Assembly (NCBI GenBank): GCA_002269645.1
Contig: NIVC01004720.1
Coordinates: 1-37,093 of the forward strand
Direction: 5' to 3'
From: Macrostomum lignano
Lineage: Eukaryota
DNA length: 37,093 bases
Shown here: positions 11,846 through 23,410 of the stretch, one piece after another
How positions within the stretch are numbered: position 1 is the first letter of the stretch
Layout of the letters: every line of letters starts with the position of its first letter
Made by a program: the position numbers and the translations under genes
The notes under the pieces: model-generated
What the model saw: only the letters and a program-made list of their open reading frames with translations
Told to the model about the DNA's origin: nothing
Databases searched by the model: none

Positions 11846-13863
11846 ACAAAAGGACGAAGACATCAATTGAAACTAGGACCAAAAACTCAAATAGATTAAA
11901 GGGAATCTGATCTGCTGCATTTTGTATCTCAGGAAGGAAGAGTTTTCAGCCCCCCATTTTGCTCAATAGCCTGCGCCAAACATGGCATCTTGGCGGCCTC
12001 ATGACAGCTACTACTAATACTCGTAGCGGGCGACCACTCAGACCTGGCATTCTCTGACTGACAGAGTCGGTGTGAGATACGCAGAAATTGCAGTCTTCTG
12101 TCTTCTGCTGCGAATGAGTAATGCTTTCTGGAAGGTGTTCGCAAATCTACCTTCAGCTGGGCTTTGAGTACCCACTCCTTTACCTGAAGAGCCTCTCTCT
12201 CTCTCTCAGCTCCCACCTAGTCAAGCTAAAGTCCCTATTTTGCCTTTGTCTCTACACGGACCCCTGTCCCAGTTTTCTGTCTGCCCCCCCCCCTGCTTCC
12301 CCTAATAATAATTTCCGACTCAGGTGGATAGCAAACGTCTCTGGGAAATCGAAAGTGCTCGATACAATGCTCTGGCTACAATGGTTGTTGCTGTTTGTCC
12401 ATTTCAACTTCTCTCTCTAAACACAGAGCTTGATTAAAGATAGGGATAAATAGATGGCATTTGCCCCAAACATAAGTGAAGCTACATTTGGATTTGAAAT
12501 GGCTCATTTTTCAACGGACAGGTCAATTCAGTTGAAGCGCTCCCATCGATCAGAGGCCCCCCCCATATGGGATTTCCTTGAAACTGCAACATGTTTCACA
12601 TTCATTCTGCTGGTTTCCGGACAGCCAAGCTGGAAGGAAGATTGAGATTAAGTTTGCGTTTTGATTGACGCCGCCTAGGGGGGGGGGCATTGATCTTGAA
12701 ACATTGAAATCTGCTTCTTATTGCACTGGAATCTGGGGTCACATTTTGTTCTTTCTTCTTTGCCGGAGTGACCGATTAACAGTTTCCTCTCTCGATGCAG
12801 CCGCGCCTCATTATCTCTTAGCGGGCCTCCGGATCCCCGACCCCGAGGGGGCGATAATGAGGCGACAGGAAGTTTCTGCTTTCGCAATAATGCGTGCTTG
12901 TCTTCCATTTTGGCAAATAGGAGGGGGTGCGCTTGAGGGCATCTGGTTGAAGCTGAGAGACACCATAACCGATTAGCAAATCAATCAAGATCCCAAATCT
13001 ATGAGCAGTCTTCCTAGACTTTCCCCAGAGCTGGAGATTGATCAGAAGATGAGAGGCAGTGCAAATTAGCACTTTCTCTTGCTATAAACTTTTGCTCTGA
13101 ACAAAATGATAAAAGGCGGGATTTTGTAGACTTGGGGCCCGGTGCAAAAGTAGACAGTGGGGAATTAGGATGATACTAGCGACCCCCCCCCCAGGGCCAG
13201 AGCAATTTCACACCTTAGCTACCTCTCGTTGCGCCCAGTAGCGACTGGAATGATGAAATTCGAACGCTGTTTTTTTTTCCCAATTGAAATCCCCGGGGAT
13301 CTAAAAGCGAGAGAGAGAGAAAAAGAAAACGGAATCTTCAGGTACTGGCGGGGTCGGGCAGCCTCTGAGCTGCTCTCGGTCGGCTCTCTTATCTTTCTTC
13401 GCTCTGCAGCAGCGTGAGCCCGATTGCGTAACACGACACGGCATCAATCAGACCGAGGGGATGCGCGAGTGTCGGAAATCTTCCCCCACAGGATGACCTG
13501 GGATTTCCATAGTCAGCTTCTTCTTTATTATTCTTCATCTGCATTTTCATGCGCAGCAGCTCAAGCAGATCTGCCCCCCCCGCCCTCCGGGCAGCTGAGC
13601 GGCTTCAATCTTCGTCGCCATCCATCTGTATGAGCGACTTAATAGACACCGAAGATGACGACCTACTCCATTCTGAGAGAGAGAAATTAATGCTCGGATG
13701 CTGATAAAACTGAAAAATGCCTGCAGTTTGTCGCACCTCACCGCCGTCTATCCTCACGTCTATACCCTCACACCGATCGGCTTGTGAACAAGTTTAACCT
13801 TGACCATGCTTGTTTGGCACCTTGGTTTTATTAACTCTCTCCTCCCCCTCCCCTGCTGCACAG

Positions 13864-13939
13864 GTGATGGTCAATCCGCAGGATTTGGACGGCGAGAGCG
13901 CCGACTCTGGCCGAGGCGGCAGTGAAGACGGTCACGGAG
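13864..13939 (+). CDS. Protocadherin exon 6 (cytoplasmic, DSGRGGSE motif)
   Basis: Polypyrimidine tract + CACAG acceptor at 13863; phase-0 start matches exon 5; VMVNPQDLDGESADSGRGGSEDGHG resembles the DSGxGxS motif of delta-protocadherin tails; donor GAG|GTGAGT at 13940 (phase 1). Confidence 0.82.
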
Positions 13940-14053
13940 GTGAGTGAAGCAAAGCGCTGTGTGTGTTCTGACACTACTGTTATACTATGAGTAGTAATAG
14001 TAGTACTATATAAAGGTCCATCAATCCACCACCTCCGCCTTCGCAACCGCCAG

Positions 14054-14505
14054 GCCACCACCTGTTGATGGGCGGATCTCGCTGCGCCACCCTGCCGCCG
14101 CAGCTGCTGCACCATCATCACCAGCAGCAGCATCAGCCGCAGCCGCCGTTCCAGCCTCATCATCACCATCAGCAGCGCGTCATGTCGCCGCCGCCGCACA
14201 TGAAATCTCCCTGCCAGTGCCTCGGCATCCCGGAGGACGAGGAGGAGTCGGCCAGCAACAGCTCGCCAGCTGCCGCCCTCCTGACCGGAGCCGGCGCCAC
14301 TGGCAGCTTCCTGCCGCCGCCGGTGCCGCCGCATGGCGTCGAGTATGGCGGCAGCGGCGGCGGCACATTGGGTCGTCGACAGCCTCAGCATCATCATCAG
14401 TTCCAGCCGCCGCAGCATCACGGCTTCTATCAGCAGCTGCATCATCAATCGCCCGGGACTGCTGGCAGAGCTGGATTGAATGGCGGGGGTGAGCGGCTGT
14501 GCTGA
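14054..14505 (+). CDS. Protocadherin terminal exon 7 (His/Gln/Pro-rich tail, stop TGA 14503-14505)
   Basis: Acceptor CGCCAG at 14053; phase 1 matches exon 6 and the ORF 14065..14505 frame. The joined, corrected CDS is 3426 nt (1141 aa). Confidence 0.8.
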
Positions 14506-14636
14506 GCGCTGCCGTTTTGAGTTCTTGCTCGGATCATTGTCGCACCTGTCAGAGTCTGTATGGCTTTTTCGGCTCTCTTCGTCCAAGGCTGAATAGTCTA
14601 TTAATTGCTTTGAATAGTAAGGCTAAGGGGTCCAAA

Positions 14637-15028
14637 ATGAATTCTGAAGCTCTATCTGAATGAATTCTGAAGCTCTATCTGAATGAATTCTGAAGCTCTA
14701 TCTGAATGAATTCGGAAGCTCTATCTGAATGAATTCTGAAGCTCTATCTGAATGAATTCTGAAGCTCTATCTGAATGAATTCTGAAGCTCTATCTGAATG
14801 AATTCTGAAGCTCTATCTGAATGAATTCTGAAGCTCTATCTGAATGAATTCTGAAGCTCTATCTGAATGAATTCTGAAGCTCTATCTGAATGAATTCTGA
14901 AGCTCTATCTGAATGAATTCTGAAGCTCTATCTGAATGAATTCTGAAGCTCTATCTGAATGAATTCTGAAGCTCTATCTGAATGAATTCTGAAGCTCTAT
15001 CTGAATGAATTCGGAAGCTTTATCTGAA
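14637..15028. repeat. 23-mer minisatellite ATGAATTCTGAAGCTCTATCTGA, ~17 copies
   Basis: Near-perfect tandem array 130 nt downstream of the protocadherin stop. Confidence 0.97.
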
Positions 15029-15635
15029 AGTAATCTGAAGATATGTCAGACATCAATCAGCCTTTGACAAACCAATTTTTATTAATTAGCCACTCTCTCA
15101 ATTCGAAAAAGACGCTCCAGGGTATTCCATAGCCTGTGCAATCAACTTATTAATATTCCGCGTGTACCATTAACTACTGTGTGTTGGCTTCATCACTCCG
15201 TATTGTTCAAATAATTAAATAATTAGTTCTTTATAACAATATCGAGTAATTATTCATCTGTGTAAACATTTTATTAAAATAATTATCCAATGAATTCAAG
15301 CGGGCAGTCAATGCAGACTTTGCATTTATTGAGTACAATATTCAACCCGCGCATGACTTCCATATTTGGAAACTTGCGATTGGATTATTCGATTCATAAT
15401 ATTTGTTCCCATGCCAGCCTTCATCGATTCGCGTCATTCAATGCCATTTTGTAATGCCGGCACTTGATTGTTAATGTGTTGCATTTTTTAATTGTTTCGC
15501 ATCGGATAAATGCGGTCTGCACTTGTCTCAATTGTCTGCTGCACTGATGTCTCCTGCGCACTGCACGTTTGCTGTTGTCTGCGAGTACTTTTGGCTTTTC
15601 CATGCGATATCCTTCAACAGTGTGTGTCCTTCTGT

Positions 15636-16327
15636 CAATCTCAGTCCCAAACTGCATCAATCTCAGTCCCAATCAGCATCAATCTCAGTCCCAATCAGCA
15701 TCAATCTCAGTCCCAAAACAGCATCAATCTCAGTCCCAAAACAGCATCAATCTCAGTCCCAACCAGCATCAATCTCAGTCCCAAAACAGCATCAATCTCA
15801 GTCCCAATCAGCATCAATCTCAGTCCCAAAACAGCATCAATCTCAGTCCCAAAACAGCATCAATCTCAGTCCCAATCAGCATCAATCTCAGTCCCAAAAC
15901 AGCATCAATCTCAGTCCCAATCAGCATCAATCTCAGTCCCAAAACAGCATCAATCTCAGTCCCAATCAGCATCAATCTCAGTCCCAAAACAGCATCAATC
16001 TCAGTCCCAAAACAGCATCAATCTCAGTCCCAATCAGCATCAATCTCAGTCCCAAAACAGCATCAATCTCAGTCCCAATCAGCATCAATCTCAGTCCCAA
16101 TCAGCATCAATCTCAGTCCCAATCAGCATCAATCTCAGTCCCAAAACAGCATCAATCTCAGTCCCAAAACAGCATCAATCTCAGTCCCAATCAGCATCAA
16201 TCTCAGTCCCAAAACAGCATCAATCTCAGTCCCAATCAGCATCAATCTCAGTCCCAATCAGCATCAATCTCAGTCCCAAAACAGCATCAATCTCAGTCCC
16301 AACCAGCACCAATCTCAGTCCCAAACT
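15636..16327. repeat. Mixed 22/23-mer minisatellite AGCATCAATCTCAGTCCC(AATC/AAAAC)
   Basis: Two interspersed unit variants in tandem. Confidence 0.96.
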
Positions 16328-16711
16328 GCCTCCATATTTTCACGGCAAGCCGAACTCGCTAAATGCCTTTATTCATTAATAATATTTATGCGAATGAAAT
16401 TAGCATTGAATTTCCTCTAGTTTTATTTTTCTGTGTTGTGTTCAGCTGTTCTGAAATTCCAGCTCTGTGCAATGTGATTGTAGCAGTAATACTATAAGTA
16501 GTATGATTGAACAGTACTAATTATTTGCGAATTAACCTGTTCTTTTTTCAAAACAAATATAAACAAATCAATAAATTGTTTTGCTTTCCGCCCGAAGCTG
16601 CCCTGCCCCCTGTTTTACTGCGGCAGCTGGCTTCAATATTTTTATAACAAAATCAACAAAAAATCCGATCTGCGCCGCTCGAGCTTTGCTTCTTTTCATT
16701 GCTGGCCTCTA

Positions 16712-17600
16712 AGATGGGGATAGGATGAGAAGAGATGGGGTAAGATGAGAAGAGATGGGGTAAGATGAGAAGAGATGGGGTAAGATGAGAAGAGATGGGG
16801 TAAGATGAGAAGAGATGGGGTAAGATGAGAAGAGATGGGGTAAGATGAGAAGAGATGGGGTAAGATGAGAAGAGATGGGGTAAGATGAGAAGAGATGGGG
16901 TAAGATGAGAAGAGATGGGGTAAGATGAGAAGAGATGGGGTAAGATGAGAAGAGATGGGGTAAGATGAGATAGGGAGAGAAGAGATAGGGAGAGAAGAGA
17001 TGGGGATGATAAGAGACGGGGATGAGAAGGAATGAGGATGGGAAGAGAAAGGGAGAGAAGAGATGGGGATGATAAGAGACGGGGATGAGAAGGAATGAGG
17101 ATGGGAAGAGAAAGGGATGAGAAGAGAATCGGGTGAGATGAGATGGGGAGAGAAGAGATGGGGATGAGAAGAGACTGGGATGAGAAGGGATGAGGATGAC
17201 AAGAGATGGGGATGCGAAAAGATGAGGATGGGAAGAGAGAGGGATGAGTAGAGAATAGGATGAGGTGAGATGAGATGGGGAGAGGAGATGGGGATGAGAA
17301 GTGATGGGGATGAGAAGAGATGGGGATGAGAAGTGATGGGGATGAGAAGAGATGGGGATGAGAAGAGATGGGGATGAGAAGTGATGGGGATGAGAAGAGA
17401 TGGGGATGAGAAGAGATGGGGATAAGAAAAGATGAGGATGGGAAGAGAATAGGCTGAGGTGAGATGAGATGAGAAGAGACTGGGATTAGGAGAGAAGGGG
17501 ATGAGAAAAGACTGGGATTAGAAGAGACTGAGATGAGAAGAGATGGGGATGAGAAGAGAGATGGAGAGAAGGGGGTGAGAAGAGACGAGAATGAGCTGGG
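16712..17600. repeat. Purine-rich satellite: 20-mer GATGGGGTAAGATGAGAAGA core then degenerate copies
   Basis: About 12 perfect units (16727-16970) followed by a diverged GA/GGGGAT-rich continuation. Confidence 0.93.
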
Positions 17601-18012
17601 TCAGACACAAGATGGAGATAGAATTCACAGAGTTTAAGAAGTGGCTGACGAGACAAACGGCATTTGTGAAAGTTTTCTTTAACAGTTTTCAAAGCATAAA
17701 CAGCGCAAGCAGTATCAGGTTGCCTGTGCTGTGCAGAACCGAGACAGTGTGCTCACAGTGGGACACCTGGAGGTTGTGACGTAACAAGAAAGTGTGTCAG
17801 ACTAGACTGCTGCGGTAAATTGATATGGCTTTACTGCAGCTTTGAGGAAAACTTGATCAACTTGGCTTGTGTAAAAATCAATAAAACTCTTTTACAAAAA
17901 ATTCTACTCATTTTATTTCATACTGATGTTCGCATGTGCCCCGCTACTCATAGTAGCTTATGTATGCTCTCTATTAGAGAAAAATACCAAGAATATTCTG
18001 TTCTCTTCACAC

Positions 18013-18590
18013 CCTGTCCTCTTGACAATGCTACCCTGTCTTCTTCACAATGCTACCCTGTCTTCTTCACAATGCTACCCTGTCGTCTTCACAATGCTAC
18101 CCTGTCGTCTTCACAATGCTACCCTGTCGTCTTCACAATGCTACCCTGTCGTCTTCACAATGCTACCCTGTCCTCTTCACAATGCTACCCTGTCATCTTC
18201 ACAATGCTAACCTGTCGTCTTCACAATGCTAACCTGTCTTCTTCACAATGCTACCCTGTCCTCTTCACAATGCTACCCTGTCCTCTTCACAATGCTACCC
18301 TGTCTTCTTCACAATGCTACCCTGTCCTCTTGACAATGCTACCCTGTCCTCTTCACAATGCTACCCTGTCCTCTTCACAATGCTACCCTGTCGTCTTCAC
18401 CATGCTACCCTGTCCTCTTCACAATGCTACCCTGTCCTCTTCACAATGCTACCCTGTCCTCTTCACAATGCTACCCTGTCTTCTTCACAATGCTACCCTG
18501 TCCTCTTCACAATGCTACCCTGTCTTCTTCACAATGCTAACCTGTCCTCTTCACAATGCTAACCTGTCCTCTTCACAATGCTACCCTGTC
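18013..18590. repeat. 22-mer minisatellite CTTCACAATGCTACCCTGTCNT
   Basis: About 26 tandem copies with TCT/CGT/CCT variants. Confidence 0.96.
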
Positions 18591-19074
18591 TGTGATAAAA
18601 GAATAAACAAACAAACGAGCGGAAATTCTGGGCACAAAAAACTATTAAGAATTTTGAGTCAAGTATCTTTAAAGAATCTTTGCTTTTTAAGTCAATCTCT
18701 TTGTATAGCTTGGATTCTTCTAACAGAGCAGTAAACAGACATTTAAACGTGAATGAATAATTGCCCAGCTGAGCTACTGCAAGTAGGGCATTCGGGATTC
18801 GATTGAAAATTAGATTTTCACATGTAGCAAATCGGGAACAACACTGAACTAACATGCGGCGGATGTGTTAAAAGATAAGCGGACAGCGAGATGAAAATTA
18901 CAGAATGTACTGAGAAGGCTGCAAAATGCAATTTGATTACCAAAAAATGTCTAATAGCAGGCTTAGTAAATTATTATGTCAGTATCATATTCCCAGAAAG
19001 TGACTGATTTTACTATGATGCTATGATGCATTAAAATGAAAATTAACTTTTTTTCTAACATTTTTATGGGATAA

Positions 19075-21075
19075 ATGAGATGAGATTGGGGCAGAGATGA
19101 GATCCGATTGAGATTAGATCCGATTGAGATGGGATCCGATTGAGATGAAATCCGATTGAGATGAAATCCGATTGAGCTGAGATAAAATCCGATTGAGCTG
19201 AGATAAAATCCGATTGAGATGAGATGAAATCCGATTGAGATAAGATCAGATCAAATTGAGATGAGATGAAATCCGATTGAGATGAAATCCGATTGAGCTG
19301 AGATAAAATCCGATTGAGCTGAGATAAAATCCAATTGAGCTGAGATAAAATCCGATTGAGATGAGATAAAATCCGATTGAGATAAGATCAGATCAAATTG
19401 AGATGAGATGAAATCCGATTGAGCTGAGATGAGATCCGATTGAGATAAGATCAGATCAAATTGAGATGAGATGAAATCCGATTGAGATGAAATTTGATTG
19501 AGCTGAGATAAAATCCGATTGAGATAAGATCAGATCAAATTGAGATGAGATGAAATCCGATTGAGATGAGATGAGATCCGATTGAGATAAGATCAGATCA
19601 AATTGAGATGAGATGAAATCCGATTGAGATGAAATGAAATCCGATTGAGATGAAATGAAATCCGATTGAGATGAAATCCGATTGAGCTGAGATAAAATCC
19701 GATTGAGATAAGATCAGATCAAATTGAGATGAGATGAAATCCGATTGAGATGAGATGAGATCCGATTGAGATAAGATCAGATCAAATTGAGATAAGATGA
19801 AATCCGATTGAGATGAAATGAAATCCGATTGAGATGAAATGAAATCCGATTGAGATGAAATCCGATTGAGATGAGATGAAATCCGATTGAGATGAAATGA
19901 AATCCGATTGAGATGAAATCCGATTGAGCTGAGATAAAATCCGATTGAGATAAGATCAGATCAAATTGAGATGAGATGAAATCCGATTGAGATGAGATGA
20001 GATCCGATTGAGATAAGATCAGATCAAATTGAGATGAGATGAAATCCGATTGAGATGAGATGAAATCCGATTGAGATGAAATCCGATTGAGCTGAGATAA
20101 AATCCGATTGAGCTGAGATAAAATCCGATTGAGATAAGATCAGATCAAATTGAGATGAGATGAAATCCGATTGAGATAAGATCAGATCAAATTGAGATGA
20201 GATGAAATCCGATTGAGCTGAGATGAGATCCGATTGAGATGAAATCCGATTGAGCTGAGATAAAATCCGATTGAGATAAGATCAGATCAAATTGAGATGA
20301 GATGAAATCCGATTGAGATGAGATGAAATCCGATTGAGATGAAATCCGATTGAGCTGAGATAAAATCCGATTGAGATAAGATCAGATCAAATTGAGATGA
20401 GATGAAATCCGATTGAGATGAGATGAGATCCGATTGAGATAAGATCAGATCAAATTGAGATGAGATGAAATCCGATTGAGATGAAATGAAATCCGATTGA
20501 GATGAAATGAAATCCGATTGAGATGAAATCCGATTGAGCTGAGATAAAATCCGATTGAGATAAGATCAGATCAAATTGAGATGAGATGAAATCCGATTGA
20601 GATGAGATGAGATCCGATTGAGATAAGATCAGATCAAATTGAGATAAGATGAAATCCGATTGAGATGAAATGAAATCCGATTGAGATGAAATGAAATCCG
20701 ATTGAGATGAAATCCGATTGAGATGAGATGAAATCCGATTGAGATGAAATGAAATCCGATTGAGATGAAATCCGATTGAGCTGAGATAAAATCCGATTGA
20801 GATAAGATCAGATCAAATTGAGATGAGATGAAATCCGATTGAGATGAGATGAGATCCGATTGAGATAAGATCAGATCAAATTGAGATGAGATGAAATCCG
20901 ATTGAGATGAGATGAAATCCGATTGAGATGAAATCCGATTGAGCTGAGATAAAATCCGATTGAGCTGAGATAAAATCCGATTGAGATAAGATCAGATCAA
21001 ATTGAGATGAGATGAAATCCGATTGAGATAAGATCAGATCAAATTGAGATGAGATGAGATCCGATTGAGATGAGT
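19075..21075. repeat. Complex modular satellite (AAATCCGATT / GAGAT / GAGCT / AAGATCAGATCAAATT modules)
   Basis: 2 kb built from a few short modules, with an internal duplication at offset 852. Confidence 0.96.
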
Positions 21076-21125
21076 CGAGAAGCAGAGATAAGATGAACAG
21101 AGTCTGCTCATTTCGATGAAGTAGA

Positions 21126-21322
21126 ACCAATTCCCAAGCTCTTTTTCCCATTATTAACCAATTCCCAAGCTCTTTTTCCCATTATTAACCAATTCCCAAG
21201 CTCTTTTTCCCATTATTAACCAATTCCCAAGCTCTTTTTCCCATTATTAACCAATTCCCAAGCTCTTTTTCCCATTATTAACCAATTCCCAAGCTCTTTT
21301 TCCCATTATTAACCAATTCCCA
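21126..21322. repeat. 31-mer minisatellite AACCAATTCCCAAGCTCTTTTTCCCATTATT, ~6 copies
   Basis: Perfect tandem copies. Confidence 0.96.
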
Positions 21323-21702
21323 ATTTGAGGCGAAAATTTTTTTTAATTTTGTTAAGTGGTAAGAGGAGACAGATTGCTAAACATGCGTCAGCTGATTGTT
21401 AACTATGATGGAAATCAACTGACAAGATAGGTCAACTACTTAGTGAGTAGGCATATGTGCATAAGCATTTCATGTACAGAGTAAGTTCCTGCGTAAAAAC
21501 TTTATCAAGATAAAAATTTCACAAATTCAATATGGCGTTAGAAGTTCAGCTGGTCAGAAGGAAGGTAACGTTTAATGTAAAGAATTCTTTGAGGAAAGTT
21601 CGACAAATATCAAAATTCAAAATTCAAAATATAGGTTGAGGGTGGCCCCAAATTATTTTAAAACAACCTCCCCTAAACTCGAGGCCCTAATTTCACATTG
21701 GA

Positions 21703-21952
21703 ACAACCTACTCTCACCTTGAGGCAACCTACTCTCACCTTGAGGCAAGCTACTCTCACCTTGAGGCAACCTACTCTCACCTTGAGGCAACCTACTCTCA
21801 CCTTGAGGCAACCTACTCTCACCTTGAGGCAACCTACTCTCACCTTGAGGCAACCTACTCTCACCTTGAGGCAACCTACTCTCACCTTGCGGCAACCTAC
21901 TCTCACCTTGAGGCAACCTACTCTCACCTTGAGGCAACCTACTCTCACCTTG
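21703..21952. repeat. 21-mer minisatellite AGGCAACCTACTCTCACCTTG, 12 copies
   Basis: Near-perfect tandem copies starting about 60 nt after the TNFAIP8 stop on the - strand. Confidence 0.97.
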
Positions 21953-22010
21953 CTCTAATCTCTTTAAATTAACGTCCTAATACAACCGTAGCTTCTGGGC
22001 CTGCATGTGG

Positions 22011-22651
22011 CTAGATGACGCCCCTGTCCAGCAGGTCCTGAATGTCGTCGCAGATGCTGTCCATCTGGGCGGCCAGCGGCGACGACCTGTCGAACAGCGC
22101 GCTCAGAAAGGCCGGCTCGGTGAAGAAGGTGGCGCAGGTGCGCACCCCGGCCTGGGATTTTTCGCTTAGGTGGCGCCGGATGAGGCGCAGCACGAGCTGC
22201 TCGCAGTCGCGGAACTGGCGCACCAGCGACGCCTGGTCGAGCGTCGAACGACGCGTCTGCATGCGCACCAAGTCGGTGGTCAGGTCGTTGAATTTGTCGC
22301 GAAAGTCGTCCGCCATCGCGCGCTCCTCGTCGTTGAACATGTCGTTGAGGTACAGAACTCCGATCTTCATGTTGAGCTTGATGATCTGCTTGAGCAGCTT
22401 CTGAGCTGCCTGTCGTGAGCCGGTGTGCGTCTTCACCAGCTTGTAGATCTTGTCAAACACTCGAGCCGAGGCCGCGTCAATGAAAATCTTCACGGACTTC
22501 TTCGTAGCCAATTTGCTGACGATCTTCTTCTGGGCGCGCAGGCTGAACGACTGCGAGCTGAAGGCGCCGCCCTCGCCGCCGCCATCGCCGCCTGCGCTGC
22601 TGGCTCCTTCAGCGGCGGCGCCTCCGGCGTTGGCGCCGGGTTCAGAGTCAC
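22011..22651 (-). CDS. TNFAIP8: TNFAIP8/TIPE family protein, main coding exon
   Basis: FSSQSFSLRAQKKIVSKLATK...LLKQIIKLNMKIGVLYLNDMFN...RHLSEKSQ...ICDDIQDLLDRGVI matches the TNFAIP8 family pattern throughout. Acceptor CCTGAACAG at 22652 with an in-frame TGA just upstream; stop TAG at 22011. Confidence 0.93.
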
Positions 22652-22729
22652 CTGTTCAGGTAGTGACCCAGGTGGGCTCAGGTGTGTCAAACAGAGTGAC
22701 AATACGGCCTTTGACTACTAGAAACCCTG

Positions 22730-23410
22730 AAGAATCATGTGTGGGATTGTTCAGAATCATGTGTGGGATCGTTTAGAATCATGTGTGGGATTGTTTAGAA
22801 TCATGTGTGGGATTGTTTAGAATCATGTGTGGGATTGTTTAGAATCATGTGTGGGATTGTTCAGAATCATGTGTGGGATTGTTTAGAATCATGTGTGGGA
22901 TTGTTTAGAATCATGTGTGGGATTGTTTAGAATCATGTGTGGGATTGTTCAGAATCATGTGTGGGATTGTTTAGAATCATGTGTGGGATTGTTCAGAATC
23001 ATGTGTGGGATTGTTTAGAATCATGTGTGGGATTGTTCAGAATCATGTGTGGGATTGTTCAGAATCATGTGTGGGATTGTTTAGAATCATGTGTGGGATT
23101 GTTCAGAATCATGTGTGGGATTGTTTAGAATCATGTGTGGGATTGTTCAGAATCATGTGTGGGATTGTTTAGAATCATGTGTGGGATTGTTTAGAATCAT
23201 GTGTGGGATTGTTTAGAATCATGTGTGGGATTGTTCAGAATCATGTGTGGGATTGTTTAGAATCATGTGTGGGATTGTGTAGAATCAGGCGTGGGATTGT
23301 TTAGAATCAGGCGTGGGATCGTGTAGAATCAGATGTGGCATTGTGTAGAATCAGGTATGGGATCGTGTAGAATCAGGTGTGGGATCGTGTAGAATCAGGT
23401 GTGGGATTGG
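22730..23410. repeat. 22-mer minisatellite AGAATCATGTGTGGGATTGTTY in the TNFAIP8 intron
   Basis: About 30 copies, diverging toward 23410; ends about 80 nt before the acceptor in transcription direction. Confidence 0.96.

Noticed and set aside
10046-11882. YSTLL-repeat and SLHIS-repeat ORFs
   Set aside because: Translations of the (CTACT)n and 84-bp satellites; no real start context or domain.
15510-18734. ORFs of 170-300 aa (QHQSQS, TMLPC, SSHL repeats)
   Set aside because: Translations of minisatellites.
19075-21075. Repeat-with-variable-spacer pattern resembling a CRISPR array
   Set aside because: The 'spacers' are rearrangements of the same modules rather than unique sequences, the context is eukaryotic and there are no cas genes.
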